Source: Acidimicrobiia bacterium
GTDB lineage: Bacteria; Actinomycetota; Acidimicrobiia; Acidimicrobiales; CADCSY01
Assembly: GCA_050249235.1 (NCBI GenBank)
Contig: JBFWQW010000001.1
Coordinates: 18,145 to 82,144 of the forward strand
Direction: 5' to 3'
DNA: 64,000 nt
Positions within the stretch are counted from its first letter, which is position 1; every line of letters begins with the position of its first letter. The notes under the pieces are model-generated. The model did no database searches. It was not told the origin of the DNA and saw nothing but the letters and a program-made list of their open reading frames with translations. Shown here piece by piece: positions 49,735 through 59,882 of this stretch. The position numbers and the translations under genes are program-made.

Positions 49735-50405
49735 GGGCGGCCTTTCGTTTGGATGGGCCAGCGCCGGCGCACGAGGGCACCGAACGACAGGCCGAGGAGG
49801 GCACCGCCGACGACGTCGGAGGCGTGGTGGATCCGCACGTGGACTCGGCTGGTGGCGACCACGCCGGCCAGGCCGAACCACAGGGCCCGCTGGCGGGGCC
49901 GGCCGGCGGCGAGGAGGCTGGCGGCGAGGAAGCCCGAGGTGGCGTGGCCGCTCGGGAAGCTGCTCGACCGGGGCCGGCGGAGGTCGTGGGGGCGGTCGTC
50001 CACCCACGCCGGCCGCTCCCGCCGGAAGAGCGACTTCACGCCCACGTTCACGACCACCGACTCGACCGCCAGCGCGGCGGCGGCCCGCATGGCCTCGCGC
50101 TCCGACCGGGGGTCGGCCACCGCTCGGCCCAGCGAGAGGAGGTGCCAGAGCAGCGAGAAGTCGCCGAGGGCGGAGGCGCCGTAGAGCACCCGGTCGGCCA
50201 GCGGGTTGCCCCGAAGGCGGTCGAACCACCGGTCGGCCCGGGCGTCGAAGCGCCGGACGACGGCTGCCGGGCCGGGCGGGAGGGGGAGGGTGACCGGGCT
50301 GACGACCGGTCGGACCTCGGGGGTCCCGAGCTCGTCGTGGGCACCGGCCCGGGCCGGTGGCTCGCCCCCGGACGCGCGGTCGGCAGCGGCGAGATCGAGG
50401 ACCAT
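49731..50405 (-). CDS. PAP2 family phosphatase
   Basis: ATG 50405 inside the 283-aa ORF. PAP2 motifs KSLFRRERP, SFPSGHAT and SRVHVRIHHASDV. Overlaps the downstream gene as GTGA. Confidence 0.8.
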   Translation of the reverse strand: MVLDLAAADRASGGEPPARAGAHDELGTPEVRPVVSPVTLPLPPGPAAVVRRFDARADRWFDRLRGNPLADRVLYGASALGDFSLLWHLLSLGRAVADPRSEREAMRAAAALAVESVVVNVGVKSLFRRERPAWVDDRPHDLRRPRSSSFPSGHATSGFLAASLLAAGRPRQRALWFGLAGVVATSRVHVRIHHASDVVGGALLGLSFGALVRRRWPIQTKGRP

Positions 50406-50497
50406 CCGGTCCGACGGTAGCGGCGGCGGGGTCGGTTCCACCGTCCGAGCCGGCCACCGAGCCGGCCACCGGGCCGGCCGGGCCGGGATCGACGCCG

Positions 50498-51295
50498 TCA
50501 GGCGGTGGCGGCGAGGAGGCGGGCCGAGGTGGGATCGCCCCCGAAGGCGGGGCAGTGGGCCTTGAACGCGCACCAGTCGCACAGGCGGCCCGGGTTGGGC
50601 CGGAAGTCCTCCCGCTCGCAGGCCCGCTCGACCGCGGCCCAGATGGCGCCGACCCGCCGGGTGAGACCCCCGATCGACTGGTCGCTCGGCTCGGCCACGA
50701 TGGCGACCGGCTCGGCCAGGTAGAGGAGCTGGACCCGGCTCGGCCGGCGGCCGAGCGCCTGCTCGCAGAGGTAGGCGTAGAACTGGACCCCCCCGAGCTT
50801 GCCCTGCTCGAAGCGCTCGCCCGGCACCCGCCCGGTCTTGTAGTCGGTGACGACGAGCGCACCGTCGGGCCCCTCGTCGAGGCGGTCGATGATGCCGCGG
50901 AGCCGCACGCCGCGCACCTCGGCCTCGAGCATGAGCTCGAGGCCGACCGGGTTGATTCGGGTGGGGTCCTCCAGGCGGAAGTAGCGCCGGACCAGCTCCT
51001 CGGCGCTGGCCACGAAGGCGGCCCGGTCGGGGAGCTCGAGCGCGGCGTACTCGTCGGACGCGAGCACCTCGTCGACGGCGGGGACCACGAGCGCGACGGC
51101 CGCGTCCAGGGTCCGAGCGGCGGGAGGCAGGCCGAACAGGAGCTCGAGGGCGCGGTGCACGGCCGTCCCCTTGGCGGCGGGAGCCGTGGGCGGCTCGGGC
51201 AGGTGGTCGATCACCGAGAAGCGGAAGGCGAGCGCGCAGTCGCGGAACGACGACACCTTCGACGGCGACAGCGATCCGGGGACGGTGAGAGCCAT
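50498..51295 (-). CDS. PD-(D/E)XK nuclease family protein (RecB-like / Cas4-like exonuclease with Fe-S Cys cluster)
   Basis: 265-aa ORF. N-terminal Cys (FRDCALAF), nuclease core GIIDRLD...VVTDYKTG, and a C-terminal CDWCAFKAHC cluster. Confidence 0.85.
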   Translation of the reverse strand: MALTVPGSLSPSKVSSFRDCALAFRFSVIDHLPEPPTAPAAKGTAVHRALELLFGLPPAARTLDAAVALVVPAVDEVLASDEYAALELPDRAAFVASAEELVRRYFRLEDPTRINPVGLELMLEAEVRGVRLRGIIDRLDEGPDGALVVTDYKTGRVPGERFEQGKLGGVQFYAYLCEQALGRRPSRVQLLYLAEPVAIVAEPSDQSIGGLTRRVGAIWAAVERACEREDFRPNPGRLCDWCAFKAHCPAFGGDPTSARLLAATA

Positions 51296-51333
51296 CGACC
51301 GACCGTAGCCAGGGCCTGGGACAGCGCCGGGGG

Positions 51334-51828
51334 ATGCCCGACCGTCACCGGGCCCGGCCGGGGCCGCGGATCGCTCCCGGTACGGTCGTCCGGGTGGACG
51401 AGTCGGTGGCGGGTGGCGGCGACGAGGGGGCGGGGCGGGTGGACGCTGCCGACGCGGCCGCGGTGCGGGCCGCCAACCGCGCCTACTACGAGGCCTTCGA
51501 GGCGGCCGACATCGACGCCATGTCGGCGCTCTGGGAGCACGGCGAGGCCGCCCTCTGCACCCATCCCGGCTGGGCCGCCCTCCACGGCTGGGGGGCGATC
51601 GCGGCGTCGTACTTCGCGCTGTTCCAGAACGGCCGCTCGCTGCAGTTCATCCTCACCGACGAGCGGGTCGAGGTGGCCGGCGACACCGCCTGGGTCGCCG
51701 TCGACGAGAACATCCTCGGCCACGACGTGGGGGCCACGGCGTCGGCCCTCAACGTCTTCCGGCGCGGGCCGTCGGGCTGGCGAATGGTCGTCCACCACGC
51801 CTCGCAGGTGGTCGACGCCGAGCCCTGA
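51334..51828 (+). CDS. nuclear transport factor 2 (SnoaL/DUF4440-like) family protein
   Basis: 164-aa ORF. AVRAANRAYYEAFEAADIDAMSALW...GWRMVVHHAS. The true start may be a GTG further downstream. Confidence 0.7.
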   Translation: MPDRHRARPGPRIAPGTVVRVDESVAGGGDEGAGRVDAADAAAVRAANRAYYEAFEAADIDAMSALWEHGEAALCTHPGWAALHGWGAIAASYFALFQNGRSLQFILTDERVEVAGDTAWVAVDENILGHDVGATASALNVFRRGPSGWRMVVHHASQVVDAEP

Positions 51829-51852
51829 TCGGGTCGATCCGAGCCCGCCCCC

Positions 51853-52752
51853 TCAGGGCCGGACCGGTGTCCACCCGGATCGGTTGAGCTCCGCCAGCTG
51901 GAACTCGATGTCCTGCACGTAGGCGTGGCCCGCCGCCCCCGCCACCTGGTGGCCGATGAGCTCACCGGCCCCGTCGAGGACCACCGTGCCCGAGTTGCCG
52001 GACGCGCCGAGCGGCGCGCCCTTCTGACGGGTGACGGCCCAGGTGCAGCCCCAGACGTCGGCACCACCGCTCGACTGGACCCAGTCGAAGATGCCGATCA
52101 CGTGGCCGGCGCCGGACCCGGCCGACGCGGCCGCCACCTGGGCCGGCCAGGCGGCCGCCGCCCGGCGGGCGAGCGGCCGGGCGCCCGGCCAGGTCGGTCC
52201 GTCCATCGAGGCGACGTCAGCGGCGCCACCGAAGCCGCCGCAACGGGTCGGCGTGGCGCCGAGCGATGCCCGCGGCACCAGCACGACGTCGACCGACGCC
52301 GTCCCGAACCCGCCGTGGACCTTGTCGCCCTGCACGAGGCCGAGGTGCCCGGCCGTGAGGATCCGGAGGTTCCCGGCGCCGTCGTCGATGCCGCATCCCG
52401 CCCGTCCGGTCCGTACGGCGTCGCCCGGGGCCAGCGTGGGCTCCGGTGGCACCAGTTGCTCGGCCCGGACGGCGTCGACCAGGTCGTCGCCGAGCGGGAG
52501 CCCGATGGCCTCGAGGAGCTCGGCGACGCTGTCGACTCCGGCGTCGGCGGCCAGGCGCTCGAAGTCGGCCGCCAGGCCGATCGAGCGCGTGCCGTCGCCC
52601 GCCACCACCCCGACGCCCGTGACGTGCCGGGCGAGGCGCCCCTCGGTCTCGAGCCAGTCGGCGGCGATCGCCCCGAGCAGCCCGCCGCTCAGGCGGCGCA
52701 GGAGCGCCACCGACCGAGGGTCGTGGCCGAGGACGTCGGCCAGGTCGGTCAT
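51853..52752 (-). CDS. hypothetical protein with chymotrypsin-fold-like motifs (possible S1-type serine protease)
   Basis: ATG 52752 inside the 643-aa ORF. LRILTAGHLG (TAxH-like) and GASGNSGTVVLD (GxSG-like). I see no signal peptide. Confidence 0.6.
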   Translation of the reverse strand: MTDLADVLGHDPRSVALLRRLSGGLLGAIAADWLETEGRLARHVTGVGVVAGDGTRSIGLAADFERLAADAGVDSVAELLEAIGLPLGDDLVDAVRAEQLVPPEPTLAPGDAVRTGRAGCGIDDGAGNLRILTAGHLGLVQGDKVHGGFGTASVDVVLVPRASLGATPTRCGGFGGAADVASMDGPTWPGARPLARRAAAAWPAQVAAASAGSGAGHVIGIFDWVQSSGGADVWGCTWAVTRQKGAPLGASGNSGTVVLDGAGELIGHQVAGAAGHAYVQDIEFQLAELNRSGWTPVRP

Positions 52753-53483
52753 CGCCCGCCGGTCCCGGGTCCGGCCGCCGTGGTGCCGGTGGCGGTGGTG
52801 CCGGGCGCGGTGCCGGGCGGCGGCCCGGCCGCCGCCGAGGGGCCGCCGGTCGGCGTCGGGATCGAAGACACGTCCTCCTCGGGAACCGTCCCGCCCGATG
52901 CCACCGGCCACCCCCCGACGAGGAGTGCCAGCAGCACGAGCACGGCATCGGCGGTGACCACGGCGAGCACGAGGTCGCCGGCGTCCTCGGCGTCGAGGAA
53001 CGGGGCGGGCAGGGTGGCGATGCCGGTCGAGAGCGCGAGCACGGCGGCCCGCAGCATCCAGGAGCCGGCTCGCACACCGGCGGCGGCCCACTCGACGAAG
53101 GCCCGTACCGCGGCGTCGGGATCGTGCGGGAGGAGAGGCCCGGTCCTGACCCGCCCGGGCAGGAAGGCGCGGTACCCGAGCGCGAGGACGACGGCGAGGC
53201 CCAGCGCCACCGCAGGCGCCACCGCCCAGGCGGTGATCGCCGTCTCGTCGTCGGCCGGCCCGAAGCGCAGCGCCAGCACGCCGGTGTAGATCGTCCCGAC
53301 CGCGGCCGCAGCCGCCGTGACCAGCTCGACCCGCTTGATGCTCCGGTCGAGCGAGGCCTTCATCGTGTCGAGGTAGGCGGCAGCCACGGCGGCCCGCACG
53401 CCGCCGGCGATCGGGTCGGGCGGCGGCTGGCCGACCGGGGGATCGTTCCAGCGGACGTCGAGGCGGACGTCGTGCTCGGCCAT
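52749..53483 (-). CDS. hypothetical polytopic membrane protein with Pro/Thr/Gly-rich tail
   Basis: ATG 53483 after GGGAGG. About 4 TM helices. Its stop overlaps the downstream start as ATGA (52749-52752). Confidence 0.6.
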   Translation of the reverse strand: MAEHDVRLDVRWNDPPVGQPPPDPIAGGVRAAVAAAYLDTMKASLDRSIKRVELVTAAAAAVGTIYTGVLALRFGPADDETAITAWAVAPAVALGLAVVLALGYRAFLPGRVRTGPLLPHDPDAAVRAFVEWAAAGVRAGSWMLRAAVLALSTGIATLPAPFLDAEDAGDLVLAVVTADAVLVLLALLVGGWPVASGGTVPEEDVSSIPTPTGGPSAAAGPPPGTAPGTTATGTTAAGPGTGGR

Positions 53484-53596
53484 CACGGACCTCCCGGTCG
53501 GCCGCCTCCGTGGGGGCGGGCAGCGGCACGATAGGCAGCCCGCCGGGGGGGACCAGAGGGTCCAGCCGGCCTCTGTCGGTCCCCGGCGTGCCGGGG

Positions 53597-54502
53597 TCAG
53601 CGGCCTTCCACGCCGAAGCGCTTGCTGAGCTCGGCCAGCTGGGCCTCGAGGTCGTTGGGCACCCAGTAGTCGGCCTCGGACATGATCGCCGCCAGGTTGT
53701 CGGCGACGGCCTCGGGGGTGAGCTCGGGGTCGTAGTGGCCCGACGTGAGCCCCACGAAGAACCGGGCCACCCGGCCGCCGGCACAGGAGAGCGCCTCGCC
53801 CGACAGGCCGCAGCTCTCGTGGGCGAGGTAGCCCACGACGGCGGCCACCCGTTCCGGGAGGAGGAAGGGCGCCAGCGACGAGAACATCTCCTCGGTCATG
53901 CGGGTGAGGGCGATGGGCGCGATGGCGTTGACGAGGATGCCGTGGCTGGCGCCCTCGATGGAGAGCACCTTGGTGAGACCCCACAGGCCCATCTTGGCGG
54001 CGGCGTAGTTGGCCTGGCCGAAGTTGCCGAGCAGCCCCGACGCCGAGGTCGTGTTGACCACCCGGCCGTAGCCCTGGGCCCGCATGTGCCCCCACGCCGG
54101 GATGGTGACGTTGAAGGCGCCGCGGAGGTGGACGTCGAGCACGGGGTCGAGCAGCTCGGGCGTCAGGTTGTGGAACGACTTGTCCCGGAGGATGCCGGCG
54201 TTGTTCACGACGATGTCGATCCGCCCGAACGCGTCGAGCGCGGTCTGCACGATGGCCTCGCCGCCCTCGGCGGTGGCCACGCTGCTCGTGTCGGCCACGG
54301 CGACGCCCCCGGCCGCCTCGATCTCGTCGACCACTCCCTGCGCCGGGCCCTTGTCGGTGCCGGACCCGCCGACGGAGCCGCCCAGGTCGTTGACGACGAC
54401 CATGGCCCCCCGGCTGGCCAGCAGCAGGGCGTGGGCCCGACCGAGACCGCCACCCGCCCCGGTGACGATCGCCACCCTGCCGTCGAACCCGAGCTCGGAC
54501 AC
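53597..54502 (-). CDS. SDR family oxidoreductase (MFE-2 / 3-hydroxyacyl-CoA dehydrogenase-like)
   Basis: GTG 54502. VAIVTGAGGGLGRA, NNAGI and the YAAAK catalytic motif. Confidence 0.9.
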   Translation of the reverse strand: MSELGFDGRVAIVTGAGGGLGRAHALLLASRGAMVVVNDLGGSVGGSGTDKGPAQGVVDEIEAAGGVAVADTSSVATAEGGEAIVQTALDAFGRIDIVVNNAGILRDKSFHNLTPELLDPVLDVHLRGAFNVTIPAWGHMRAQGYGRVVNTTSASGLLGNFGQANYAAAKMGLWGLTKVLSIEGASHGILVNAIAPIALTRMTEEMFSSLAPFLLPERVAAVVGYLAHESCGLSGEALSCAGGRVARFFVGLTSGHYDPELTPEAVADNLAAIMSEADYWVPNDLEAQLAELSKRFGVEGR

Positions 54503-54513
54503 GGCGAACGAGG

Positions 54514-55785
54514 TTAGCCCGGTCCGGCCCAGGCGCCCGCCGAACGTCGCCCGGTCGTCACGCGGCGTGCCCCCGCTCCGACACGATCGTGTCCCCACCG
54601 CCACGGGGTGACCGGCTGGGCCCGGGGGTAGTCCTCGAACAGCCAGCGCCCGAACTGCGCCCGGGCCCACGGCCCGGCTCCTGCGGCCCGGACCGCGGCC
54701 CGGGTGCCGAGAGGCGACCGCAGGACCGTGCCGAGGACGCGGGCGAGCAGGGCGTCCGGGACGAGACCGGAGCGGACCCGGCGGGCATAGGCGGCGGCGG
54801 CGTGGCCGGGACCGAGGGCGCCGGCCGCGACGATGGCCTCGGCGGCCCAGCGCCCGGTGAGCAGGGCCTGACCGATGCCCTCGCCCGTCATGGGGTCGGT
54901 GGCGGCGGCCGCGTCGCCCACGAAGAGCACCCGGCCACCGGCGCCGGCCAGCGTGGTCCGCTCGACGCGGGCCGGGATCGGCCAGGCCCGGTGGGGCGAC
55001 TCGGGCTCGGCGGCCGGTCCGAGGAACTCGGCGATGTGGGGACGGGCGAGCAGCTCGGGCCAGAGCTCCTTCATCGCCTGCGTCCGGATGCGCCCGCCCC
55101 GGTGGATGCCGAAGCCCACGTTGGCGACGCCGCCGGGCAGCGGGAAGGACCAGGCGTAGCCGGGCAGCAGGTCGGGCTCGAACCAGACCATCAGCTCCGA
55201 GGCGGCCCGGGGCCCGACGCCCGTGAAGTACTGGCGGAAGGCGTGCCACTCACCGAGGTTCCCCGGCCCGCCCCCGCCGAGGGAGCGCCGGACCGGCGAC
55301 CACATGCCGTCGGCGGCCACGACGTACCGGCACCGGAGCCGCTCGCCGTCCTCCAGCGCCACGTCGATCGTCGGCGCGCCGTCGTGGCCGGGACCGCCAG
55401 CCACGCCCCGCACCGCCCGGCCGGTGAGCGGGCGGGCCCCGGCGGAGACCGCGAGGTCGACGAGCCGGGCGTCGAGGTGGGCCCGGCGGGCGACGGCCGC
55501 GTACGTGCCCGGCCCGGGTCGCAGGGGCAGGACCACCTGCCGCCCGGAGGGGCTGCGCAGGTGGGCGTCGCCGACGTCCCGCCAGGAGTCGACCGTGCCG
55601 GGGTCGAGGCCGAGCGCTTCGAGCTCGCGCAGCGCCGAGGTGGTGAGGCCGTCGCCGCAGCACTTGTCCCGGGGGAACCGGGCCCGGTCCACGAGCACCA
55701 CGTCGCGGCCCAGGCGGGCCAGGTGGGTGGCGGCCGCGCTGCCGGCCGGGCCGGCACCCACCACGACCACGTCGGCCGTCAGCAC
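54514..55785 (-). CDS. geranylgeranyl reductase family FAD-dependent oxidoreductase
   Basis: GTG 55785 (VLTADVVVVGAGPAGSAAA). GDAAAATDPMTGEGI motif. Confidence 0.85.
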   Translation of the reverse strand: MLTADVVVVGAGPAGSAAATHLARLGRDVVLVDRARFPRDKCCGDGLTTSALRELEALGLDPGTVDSWRDVGDAHLRSPSGRQVVLPLRPGPGTYAAVARRAHLDARLVDLAVSAGARPLTGRAVRGVAGGPGHDGAPTIDVALEDGERLRCRYVVAADGMWSPVRRSLGGGGPGNLGEWHAFRQYFTGVGPRAASELMVWFEPDLLPGYAWSFPLPGGVANVGFGIHRGGRIRTQAMKELWPELLARPHIAEFLGPAAEPESPHRAWPIPARVERTTLAGAGGRVLFVGDAAAATDPMTGEGIGQALLTGRWAAEAIVAAGALGPGHAAAAYARRVRSGLVPDALLARVLGTVLRSPLGTRAAVRAAGAGPWARAQFGRWLFEDYPRAQPVTPWRWGHDRVGAGARRVTTGRRSAGAWAGPG

Positions 55786-57563
55786 GCCACGCCCTCGCCC
55801 GGGCGGTAGTTGGCGACGACGCTGTCGACGGCGGTGCGGCCGTCGACGTAGGTGCGGGTGCGCTCGGTCCGGACCCTGGTGCAGCGCCCGTTCGGCGTCG
55901 CCGTCTGGCCGGTCTGCTCGCCCGAGGCGTAGCGGGTCGACCAGAGCGTCACCGTGATCGACGTCGACGTGTACTCGGTCCAGATCAGCACCCCGTGGGG
56001 CGTGGTGTTCTCGAGGACGAGGTCGGGCTTCGGGTACGAGAGCGTCGCCTCCCGCCCGTAGGGGTAGCGGCTGATGTAGATCGAGTGGCTCTGGTACTCC
56101 TGGAAGTCGAGGCCGCCGAAGAAGGCGGCGTTGAAGAGCGTCGTCGCGAACTGCGAGATCCCGCCCCCGACGCTCGACGTGAACACGCCGTTCTGAATCA
56201 CCCCGCCCGTCACGAAGCCGCCGTCGGCCGTGCGCCGGCCGACGAACTCGTTCACCGAGAAGGTGGCGCCCGGCTCGATCACCTGGCCCCGCACGAGGTC
56301 GGCGATCCGGTGGATGTTGACCACGCGGGACTCGCCGGCGGCGTGCCTGGTGGTGAACTCGCCGATCTTCTCGACGATGCCGAGGCGGGTCAGCTCGTCG
56401 TTGGTCCGGTCGGGCTCGCGGACGGTGAGGGGGAGCTCGACCGGCTGGTCCGGGCGGGATCCCATGGCGTCGAAGAGGACCGTCGCCACCTCGGGCCCGC
56501 AGCAGCGGGTGCCGGGTGTCCCGGGCACGAGCACCGGCCTGTCGTCGCGGATCTCGAGGGTGGCGTCGCCGGCCGGTGCCCCGACGTCGCCCAGCGCCTT
56601 CACCAGGTCGTCGACGAGGTGGTCGCCCGACAGCTCGAGGGCCAGCCGCCCGGCGTCGTCGACGTGGGTGGTGATCCACCCCTGCTGCGTCTCCACCGGG
56701 ATGCTGGCCACGACGTCGCCCACCCGGACGTCGAGCGGTGCCGCCGTCAGGCGGCGGGCGTCGACGAGCAGGGCGGCGGCGGCCTCGTCGTCGAAGCGGG
56801 GCGGGAGGGTGGCAGGGGCGACGCGGACGTCGATGCGGCGCCGGCCGGTCTCGGCCGCGGCGGCGATGGCGTCGGCGACGTCGCCGGGTCGCAGCCCCCG
56901 ACCGTCGACGCCCTCGGTGGCCACGAGCGCCCCAGAGCGGACGGTCACGGTCGGCTCCAGGGGCTCGAGCCGGCCGGTCGGGTCGCCGGCGGCCACCACC
57001 TCGGCGAGGGCCTCGCGGTCCAGCTCGACCACCACGGGCACCTTGGCCGGCGACACCGTTCGCCAGAGCCACGTCACCGGGCGCAGCAGGCCGGGGCCGT
57101 CCCGGCCGGACTCGAGCGCGGCGGCGGTGACCTCCTCCCGGTCCACGACGAGGTGGATCGCCAGCGGGTCGATGTCGAGGTCGCCGTCGGCCGTGGCCAC
57201 GGTCACCGGCCGCTCGAGGAGGTCGGCGGCCAGCCGGTCGACCACCGTGCCGACCTCGGCCGCCGACATGCCGCCGATGTCGACACCGGCCAGCTCGACG
57301 TTGCCGACGACCCGGCCGTCCTCGGAGCGCCCGAAGATCAGCCAGCCGACGACGAGCAGGAAGAGGACCAGCAGCGGGGCTCCCGCCACCAGCGCGAGCC
57401 GCCGATGCATCGGCCCGAGCCTCGCAGACGGCGCCGAGGTGTCCAGATCGGTGGCGTTGCTCCCCGCGGTGGGTCCGATGGCGGCGGTGGGTCCGGTCGC
57501 CTCGGCGGGGTCGGTCGGGCGCTCGTCGCGCCCGCGGTCGGAGGGATCGTCGGGGGTGGTCAT
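55779..57563 (-). CDS. VanW family protein with N-terminal membrane anchor
   Basis: ATG 57563 inside the 690-aa ORF. TM helix LALVAGAPLLVLFLLVVGWLIF. C-terminal VanW-like domain (GGGISQFATTLFNAAFFGGL...). Confidence 0.85.
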   Translation of the reverse strand: MTTPDDPSDRGRDERPTDPAEATGPTAAIGPTAGSNATDLDTSAPSARLGPMHRRLALVAGAPLLVLFLLVVGWLIFGRSEDGRVVGNVELAGVDIGGMSAAEVGTVVDRLAADLLERPVTVATADGDLDIDPLAIHLVVDREEVTAAALESGRDGPGLLRPVTWLWRTVSPAKVPVVVELDREALAEVVAAGDPTGRLEPLEPTVTVRSGALVATEGVDGRGLRPGDVADAIAAAAETGRRRIDVRVAPATLPPRFDDEAAAALLVDARRLTAAPLDVRVGDVVASIPVETQQGWITTHVDDAGRLALELSGDHLVDDLVKALGDVGAPAGDATLEIRDDRPVLVPGTPGTRCCGPEVATVLFDAMGSRPDQPVELPLTVREPDRTNDELTRLGIVEKIGEFTTRHAAGESRVVNIHRIADLVRGQVIEPGATFSVNEFVGRRTADGGFVTGGVIQNGVFTSSVGGGISQFATTLFNAAFFGGLDFQEYQSHSIYISRYPYGREATLSYPKPDLVLENTTPHGVLIWTEYTSTSITVTLWSTRYASGEQTGQTATPNGRCTRVRTERTRTYVDGRTAVDSVVANYRPGEGVAC

Positions 57564-57613
57564 GGCGGTGGGGGATGGGGAGGCGTGGCGTGGGGAACGT
57601 CGGGGCGGGCTGG

Positions 57614-58273
57614 TCAGAAGAGCCGGAGCGTGGCCGGCTCGGCGCCGCGGAGGGCGTCGTAGTCGATCTCGACGCACGTGATGCCGCGGTCGGCGGCCAG
57701 CACCCGGGCCTGGGGCTTCACCTGCTGGGCCGCGACGATGCCCCGCACGGGGCGGAGGCGGCCGTCGAGGTCGAGGCGGGCGAGGTAGCGGGTGAGCTGC
57801 TCGACGCCGTCGATGTCGCCGACCCGCTTCACCTCCACGGCGACGGCGCACCCGGACGCGTCACGGCACAGCAGGTCGACCGGGCCGATGCCGGTCGGGT
57901 ACTCCCGCCGCACGAGCACCATGCCGGGCTCGAGGGCGGTGGGGTCGGCGGCCAGCAGCACCTGGAGCTGGGCCTCGACGCCGTCCTTCTGCAGCCCGGG
58001 GTCGATGCCCAGCTCGTGGTCGAGGTCGGCGTGGATGGCATCGATGGTGATCGTGAGCCGCTCGCCCTTCGGTGTGGAGACGGTCCACCGGGTGGGCTCC
58101 TCCACGAGCCGGCAGGGCGCCGACATCCAGTTCAGGGGCTTGTACGCGCGGTCGTCGGCGTGGATCGAGATCGAGCCGTCGGCCTTCACCATCAGCAGCC
58201 GGGTGGCCATCGGGAGGTGGGCGGTGAGCCGGCCCTCGTAGTCGACCGAGCAGGTGGCGATCACCAGTCGCAT
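57614..58273 (-). CDS. nucS: endonuclease NucS
   Basis: 219-aa [19 protein letters not shown]...[15 protein letters not shown] is typical NucS/EndoMS. Confidence 0.95.
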   Translation of the reverse strand: MRLVIATCSVDYEGRLTAHLPMATRLLMVKADGSISIHADDRAYKPLNWMSAPCRLVEEPTRWTVSTPKGERLTITIDAIHADLDHELGIDPGLQKDGVEAQLQVLLAADPTALEPGMVLVRREYPTGIGPVDLLCRDASGCAVAVEVKRVGDIDGVEQLTRYLARLDLDGRLRPVRGIVAAQQVKPQARVLAADRGITCVEIDYDALRGAEPATLRLF

Positions 58274-58283
58274 GGCGCCGTCG

Positions 58284-59036
58284 CTACCACGCCCGGTCGA
58301 TGGCGTCGAGACAGGCCTCGGCCAGCTCCGGCCGGCAGACGAGGAGGTCGGGCAGCCAGGGGTCGGCCCGGTTGTAGACCAGCGGGGCGCCGTCGGCGCG
58401 CGAGACGTGGAGCCCGGCGGCCGCGGCGACGGCGGCCGGCGCCGCCGAGTCCCACTCGTACATGCCGCCCACGTGGAGATAGGCGTCGGTCTGGCCGGCC
58501 ACCACGGTCATGGCCTTGGCGCCGGCCGAGCCGAGCGACACCAGCTGGGCGCCGATGGCCTCGGCCATGCGCACGGTGACCATGGGCACCCGGTAGCGGG
58601 TGGTGACGACGAGCAGCGGGCGGTCGTCCGGCTTCGGCGGCACCGCCGGTGGATCGTCGGTCGCGTAGACGACGCCCATGGCGGGCAGCGCCACCGCGCC
58701 GGCGGTGAGGGTGCCGCCCTCGGCCAGGGCCACGTGCACGGCCCAGTCAGGCCGGCCCGGCTCGCCGAACTCCCGCGTGCCGTCGAGGGGGTCGACCACC
58801 CACACCCGGTCGCGGTGGAGCCGGCGGCCGTCGTCGTAACCCTCCTCGGAGAGGATCCCGTCGTCCGGCCTGGCGTCGCCCAGCATCGCCATGAGGAGGT
58901 CGTGGGCGCCACGGTCGCCGGCGGCCCGCAAGCGGTCGGCCTGCATGCCCTGGCCGGCCCGGCGGAGCTCGATCAGCAGGTCACCGGCCCGCTCGGCCGA
59001 CGCCCGGGCCAGCCGGTGGTCGTCGGTCGTGGGCAC
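58284..59036 (-). CDS. cysQ: 3'(2'),5'-bisphosphate nucleotidase CysQ (copy 1)
   Basis: GTG 59036. Inositol-monophosphatase-family motifs [15 protein letters not shown] and WDSAAP. Confidence 0.85.
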   Translation of the reverse strand: MPTTDDHRLARASAERAGDLLIELRRAGQGMQADRLRAAGDRGAHDLLMAMLGDARPDDGILSEEGYDDGRRLHRDRVWVVDPLDGTREFGEPGRPDWAVHVALAEGGTLTAGAVALPAMGVVYATDDPPAVPPKPDDRPLLVVTTRYRVPMVTVRMAEAIGAQLVSLGSAGAKAMTVVAGQTDAYLHVGGMYEWDSAAPAAVAAAAGLHVSRADGAPLVYNRADPWLPDLLVCRPELAEACLDAIDRAW

Positions 59037-59089
59037 TCGGGCGACGGTAGCGGTCACCCGCGGTGGCCGGGCGCGGGCCGCCGGAGCCG

Positions 59090-59839
59090 TCAGACCGCGG
59101 CCAGGCAGGCGGCGGCGAGCTCGGGCCGGCACACGAGCAGGTCGGGCAGGGCCGGGTCGGGCCCGTTGTAGACGAGCGGGGAGCCGTCGAGCCGGGACAC
59201 GTGCAGGCCGGCCGCGGCCGCCACGGCGACCGGTGCGGCCGAGTCCCACTGGTACTGGCCGCCGGCGTGGGCGTAGACGTCGGCATCGCCCCGCACCACC
59301 GCCATCGCCTTGGCGCCGGCCGAGCCGAGCAGCACCACCTCGGCCCCGAGGGCGGCCGCGATCCGCGCCGTCTCCGGCGGCCGGCGGGTGCGGCTGGTCA
59401 CGACCCGCAGCCAGCCCGAGCGGGGCGGGACGGTGGGAGGATCGTCGGTGGCGTAGACGACGCCGAGCGCCGGGAGCGCGACGGCGCCGACCGAGGCGAT
59501 CCCGCCGACGACGAGGGCGACGTGCACGGCCCAGTCCGCCCGGCCGGGCTCGCCGAACTCCCGGGTGCCGTCGAGGGGGTCGATGATCCAGACCCGGTCG
59601 GCGTCGAGGCGGCCGAGGTCGTCGGCGGCCTCCTCCGAGAAGACGGTGTCGCCCGGTCGGGCCGCGGCGAGGCGCTCGGCGAGCTGCACGTGCGCCCGGC
59701 GGTCGCCCGCGGCCCGGAGCTCGTCGGCCGAGCGGCCTCCCTCGGCCCGCAGGGCCAGCAGCAGCGCGCCTGCGCCGGCGGCCAGCTCCCGGGCGAGTCG
59801 GTGGTCGTCCCCGGTGGGGCTGGCGGCAAATGACGACAA
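59090..59839 (-). CDS. cysQ: 3'(2'),5'-bisphosphate nucleotidase CysQ (copy 2, tandem paralog)
   Basis: 249-aa ORF, collinear with copy 1 ([70 protein letters not shown]). Confidence 0.85.
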   Translation of the reverse strand: MSSFAASPTGDDHRLARELAAGAGALLLALRAEGGRSADELRAAGDRRAHVQLAERLAAARPGDTVFSEEAADDLGRLDADRVWIIDPLDGTREFGEPGRADWAVHVALVVGGIASVGAVALPALGVVYATDDPPTVPPRSGWLRVVTSRTRRPPETARIAAALGAEVVLLGSAGAKAMAVVRGDADVYAHAGGQYQWDSAAPVAVAAAAGLHVSRLDGSPLVYNGPDPALPDLLVCRPELAAACLAAV

Positions 59840-59882
59840 GATCGGTCAGGAATGTAGCCTGGTGGGTCGTGGGTGATGAAGC

